From Chrysomallon squamiferum (Eukaryota > Animalia > Mollusca): 64,000 nt of DNA. Shown one piece after another: positions 59,150 through 64,000 of this stretch. The notes under the pieces are model-generated. The model was not told the DNA's origin. It made no database searches and saw only the letters and a program-made list of their open reading frames with translations. Numbering within the stretch: position 1 is the first letter of the stretch; every line of letters starts with the position of its first letter. Location of the stretch: contig CM022665.1 of assembly GCA_012295275.1 (NCBI GenBank), positions 36,208,001-36,272,000 of the forward strand, in the 5' to 3' direction. The translations under genes were made by a program, and so were the position numbers.

Positions 59150-59655
59150 TATTACAACCATTCTGTTCAGTTCACTTGACCTTACAATAATTTTGATTTT
59201 ATTTCACTTCTGTCTGCAACCATAATTTTTTGTTCACATTCCCTTACGAACACTCCTATTGCTTCATTTTATCTTACAACCATTTTTATTAGTTCACATT
59301 CACTTTCAACCATTATGTTTAGTTCACTTAACCTTACAAGCTTTGTCTTTAGTTCACATTCCATTACAAACATTCCTATTACTTCATTTTACCTTACAAC
59401 CATTTTCATTAGTTCACTTAACCTTACAAGCTTTGTCTTTAGTTCACATTCCATTACAAACACTCCTATTACTTCATTTTACGTTACAGCCATTTTTATC
59501 AGTTCAGATTCACATTAAACCATTATGTTTAGTTCACTTAACCTTACAAGCCTTGTTTTTAGTTCACATTCCCTTACAATGATTATCTTTAGTTCACTCT
59601 CCATTACAACCTTTCGTTTCAGTTCATTTTCCCTTACAACCTTTATTTTCAGTTC
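59150..59655. repeat. 30-bp minisatellite (about 16-17 degenerate units)
   Basis: Recurring TTAGTTCACnTnnCnTTACAA every 30 bp; gives the 10-aa periodicity of ORF 59259..59582. Confidence 0.9.
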
Positions 59656-60004
59656 TTAGTTAATTTCACAGATTTATTTATGCACGAACTGGCTGTAATG
59701 GAAAATTTCGATGGAAAAAACAAATACATTCTGTTTTTTCTTTCTTTCTTTACCGCATGCGAACATATGTAATCCTAATCATACCGGAAACATTTTAGCT
59801 TCTGGCTTTCAAAAATATAGTCATTCTTTTTACTGTGTATTGTGCAAATAGCGGAAATATTTTGTCGTTAACAACGGGCACATAAATGCGTGTATCAAAA
59901 TGTGTGATTGCGAGTTAACTCAGTATAGTTGTAATATAACAGTAATTATAACGTTTTCTAAGTTAAATAACGAAGGAATTTTGAATGGAACAATTAAGGG
60001 AAAC

Positions 60005-60554
60005 TGTTGTGATTATTACTGTTACAAACTTAAACTATTTCAGTGTCATTCACCTGTTATGATTATTACTGTTACAAACTTAAACTATTTCAGTGTCATT
60101 CACCTCTTGTGATTATTACTGTTACAAACTTAAACTATTTCAGTGTCATTCACCTCTTGTGATTATTACTGTTACAAACTTAAACTATTTCAGTGTCATT
60201 CACCTCTTGTGATTATTACTGTTACAAACTTAAACTATTTCAGTGTCATTCACCTGTTATGATTATTACTGTTACAAACTTAAACTATTTCAGTGTCATT
60301 CACCTGTTATGATTATTACTGTTACAAACTTAAACTATTTCAGTGTCATTCACCTGTTATGATTATTACTATTACAAACTTAAACTATTTCAGTGTCATT
60401 CACCTGTTATGATTATTACTATTACAAACTTAAACTATTTCAGTGTCATTCACCTGTTATGATTATTACTGTTACAAACTTAAACTATTTCAGTGTCATT
60501 CACCTGTTATGATTATTACTATTACAAACTTAAACTATTTCAGTGTCATTCACC
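60005..60554. repeat. 50-bp tandem repeat, about 11 near-identical copies
   Basis: GATTATTACTGTTACAAACTTAAACTATTTCAGTGTCATTCACCTGTTAT units start at 60011, 60061 ... 60511; no spacers. Confidence 0.97.
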
Positions 60555-61382
60555 CTCGAGTGTTAAATTTAACAAAATTACATTGACTCACGATTTATTT
60601 TTTCTAGTTTCTTGTAATTTTTTACTGTAGTTTCATTCACCCCAAAATAATTTCATTCACCGATGGCTGAACCATTCAACAATTTAAGAAGCACTGGACT
60701 GTGATTTTTCTTTTTTTAATTATATATATATATATAAAAAAAGATCGAAGAGCAGATGTTATGATTATTACAAATAAACTAATAATTTATAGTTCGTACA
60801 AACTTGTTTCGCTTTGCATTAGCAGACACTAAACTTTCTTAATAATAAAATATAACAATAAAATAACAAGCACAAGGTGAATCATAGAGGCAGCCATTTT
60901 TCCTTTTCCATTACGTCATAACGAATTATTAAACAAAAGAGAGAGTTAATAATTGCCTTTAAAATTATATAATAATTCAACAACAGTGTTTTTCAAACAC
61001 AGTATAATTATCATTGAATATTAGATTTATCTCCGGAGAGTAAAAAAAAAAAATAATAATAATAATAATGTTTAATAATCCCTACAGAAAAGAAAAAAAA
61101 AAATCTGTTACGTAATACTGTGGAATCTTTCAAATAGCCTTTAAGTCTTCCGGTGTCGAAGAAAATAGTGGCATGCTGTAAATTTGGCTAATTAGCCCTT
61201 GTTTTCCAACCGCTGGAATTAATCAACGCAATAACGAGGGCGGACGTACTGACATAATTTAGAGCTGGGTTCTCGCCAAGGACCAAGGCGTCATCACCTT
61301 CGAGGTAAACGATCTATCAACATCTACGGCGTTGACAGCAGCTTGGAACAATTTGAAGTTAGAATCTTTCGATCTATTTTTG

Positions 61383-61413
<31 letters not shown>

Positions 61414-61849
61414 TAGCGAAAACCAAAGTAATTATTTCATCACAATGTCTTGTCTGCAGAATATCACTTTAAAAAAATAAAAAATAAAATAAAATATTGA
61501 CAGTTTTCTTCTTTCTGTGATAGATTAGTTCAGTTGTGTTGGTGGCGAGGGTGTAGATGCTGTTGTTGTTATTACATTTCTAAAATGTGGTAATCATGGA
61601 TGGGTTATCATGACGTTACTACATTGGCTTAATTATTTTGCTGATGCTGTTGTCGTTATTACTTTTGTTATTATTTTATTATTGTTAATGTTTATTTTAT
61701 TATATACAGATATATTTTTTATTTATTTATTGTTGTTCTGTTCTTGTTGGGGTTTTTTTGGGGGGGGGTTGCCTTAAATATTATTGTTTATATATTTCTG
61801 TTGTTACTGTTGTTGCTGTTATTGTTTTTGTTATTAATATTACATATTT

Positions 61850-61933
61850 GTCGGTGCTGCTGCTGTAGTCGTTCTTCTTCTTCATCATCATCTTCTTCTT
61901 CTTCTTCTTATTCTTTCTTATTATTATTATTAT

Positions 61934-61971
<38 letters not shown>

Positions 61972-62012
61972 TTGGAATTATTATTATTATTATTATGATT
62001 ATTATGATTATG

Positions 62013-62080
<68 letters not shown>
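61850..62080. repeat. Compound trinucleotide microsatellite (TGC/TCT/TCA/TTA/GTA)
   Basis: Directly visible. Confidence 0.9.
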
Positions 62081-62082
<2 letters not shown>

Positions 62083-64000
62083 GCAAAAGACAAAGACAAA
62101 CAGAGAAATAATTAAAGAAAGAAAAACAAAGAGAAACTGTGATTAATAATGCAATGTATTTCAAAGCTCACTTGTTAACAGAAGATTAAATCAAAATACC
62201 TTGTTGATTCCTGCTGATTGTTATCAGGAAATAATGTTTACAGGTGCCAACGGAAAAAAACCGTTGTGTTTCAAGAGTTAAGGTGACTTTTACGAAGATC
62301 TAGTGCCAAACCCACGAGCGTTGTTTAAACATTATCATCTGATAAATGGAAATGTCTGTTGGGAATGCCTTCCGTTAATGGATTCTTGAACATAAAATAG
62401 TAAAGAAGAAATATATGAACTAGGACTTAAGACAACATTAAATAGGTATTTAAAATATTTATGAAATAAATGTAATAGCTAAATAAACAGACAGATGACA
62501 GATACAAAATGGATGGCAGACTTGCATACACATATACAATAAACACATATATACATAATTAAATACATACGTACATATGTGTATATATGTGTATATGTAT
62601 ACTCACACACACACACAAAACATAAACACATACATACATACAGTCAGACAGACAGATATACGCACGTATATACATACTAACAGACATACACACAAATACA
62701 CATATACACACACACACGTAAAATTGACTCAGGATCGTCGTCCACCTCTGTGGTGCGGGGAAAAGTGTGCCATACGTTCGAGTCTCGTCAGCGGCAACTG
62801 ACGTTGGTGAGGTCGTGACTGAATATTGTTTATGTCTATACACATATTTTTAATTAATTTTATTTCTTATTTTATTCTATTTACACTTTTATTTATTTAT
62901 TTATTTATTTTTTTGGAGGTATAATGGCCCTAATTAACTTGTCTGAAATGGAAATCTCGACTGAAAACAAAAACGTTTTGCTGATTTCCTGTGTGGTACA
63001 TTTCATGATCTTTAGCGATTTATTCCGAGTTAATATCAAGTGGATTAGTACATGCTTTTACATGGAAAACACGCTAACACGTGTTAGGTCGATCGCACAG
63101 TTTTCAAAGAGCCTTTGCTTGTTATACATAAATTCAGTCTGCATAAAATCATTAAAACTTTACACATTAATATAAAACAGATAAATAAATTAAGAATAAA
63201 ATGTAATTACATTATGCTATGTTATGTTATGTGTATACGTATCTGCGTACCTACAAATAATGTAGCTTTTTGCAGACAGAACCATTAGATTTAATATTAT
63301 TTACTTTAGAAACGTTTAGATCTGAAAATAATGATTTTCCACTTAATGTGAGGAAAATAAAGTTCACATGGAGTATTTGCGTTCAGATCAGGAGTGGAAG
63401 TGAAACGTATCTCTAGCTGGGCTATTTCTAAATGTAGGACAGTATTCCTTTGCCGCTCGTAAAACTTTAAAACGATACTAATGGGAACATTGTGGTTGTG
63501 ATAAGTAAACCATGTGGCCGGACGTTTTATTTTCGTTCGTTAGGCTGATAAGTGTAACAGATATACTGCCGTGCAATAAGTTAACGTTAAAATGGATATA
63601 CATATAGTAAAATAACTTTCTTTTTTACAATCAGGCTTATTTAAACAACTAGGTCGTTTGCGTAAACTTTCACCTACATAACAGCGTTAAGAGATACAAC
63701 GCGCTGTGTGGTTTTAGTAAGCAGCTGCTGAAAAGAAAAGTGGCAGTCGCTTAATGAAAAATGCTGATAATAAGGTCTGCCCCTCTGTCATTACTGGCAG
63801 TATTTTACTATACTGAGAAAACAGTAAGCAAAATTGTTGTATTCTGTAATCAAAGACGATATAAACACGCTAGTTAAATATTACCTTTAATAGACCAAAA
63901 ATATAACATTAAAATTAAGAAATATGCAAAAGGTAAGTAACTTGGTAGTAATTTGCAATCAAAGATGAGAGATTAACATGCAAATTAAATTAATATTAAT

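Noticed and set aside
59259-59582. 107-aa ORF with a 10-aa repeat
   Set aside because: Explained by the 30-bp minisatellite; TTG start, no splice context
60005-60554. CRISPR-like regular array
   Set aside because: Units are contiguous with no unique spacers, there are no cas genes, and the context is eukaryotic; it is a minisatellite
62740-62800. tRNA gene (box B-like GTTCGAGTC at 62776-62784)
   Set aside because: No cloverleaf, poor box A and too short an A-B spacing; at most an eroded SINE head

Overview
AT-rich, microsatellite-dense eukaryotic genomic DNA with GT-AG introns. Gene and repeat content point to a mollusc, probably a gastropod (inference only). I assembled four protein-coding loci by hand from splice signals and reading phase. 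(1) A complete six-exon, 436-aa Cys-loop receptor (nicotinic acetylcholine receptor-like, non-alpha, predicted cation channel) on the minus strand at 5014-9575; it has lost the principal ACh-binding residues. (2) The first two exons of a near-identical tandem paralogue at 59-1273, continuing off the left edge. (3) A divergently oriented four-exon gene at 17079-19507 for a 174-aa protein with a signal peptide, one V-type Ig domain and a hydrophobic C-terminus (GPI-like). (4) The last two coding exons of a stum/SPEC3-family membrane protein gene (minus, 25999-28884); I could not find its first coding exon, so most of 28.9-64 kb is probably one large intron. That region holds a 220-bp, about 98% identical inverted repeat pair (31452-31671 / 35560-35779) enclosing a candidate in-frame 42-nt cassette exon, plus CpG-rich patches, MITE/SINE remnants and two minisatellites. 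Nearly all other ORFs in the track are microsatellite or low-complexity artefacts. No database search was run; family calls rest on recognised motifs.
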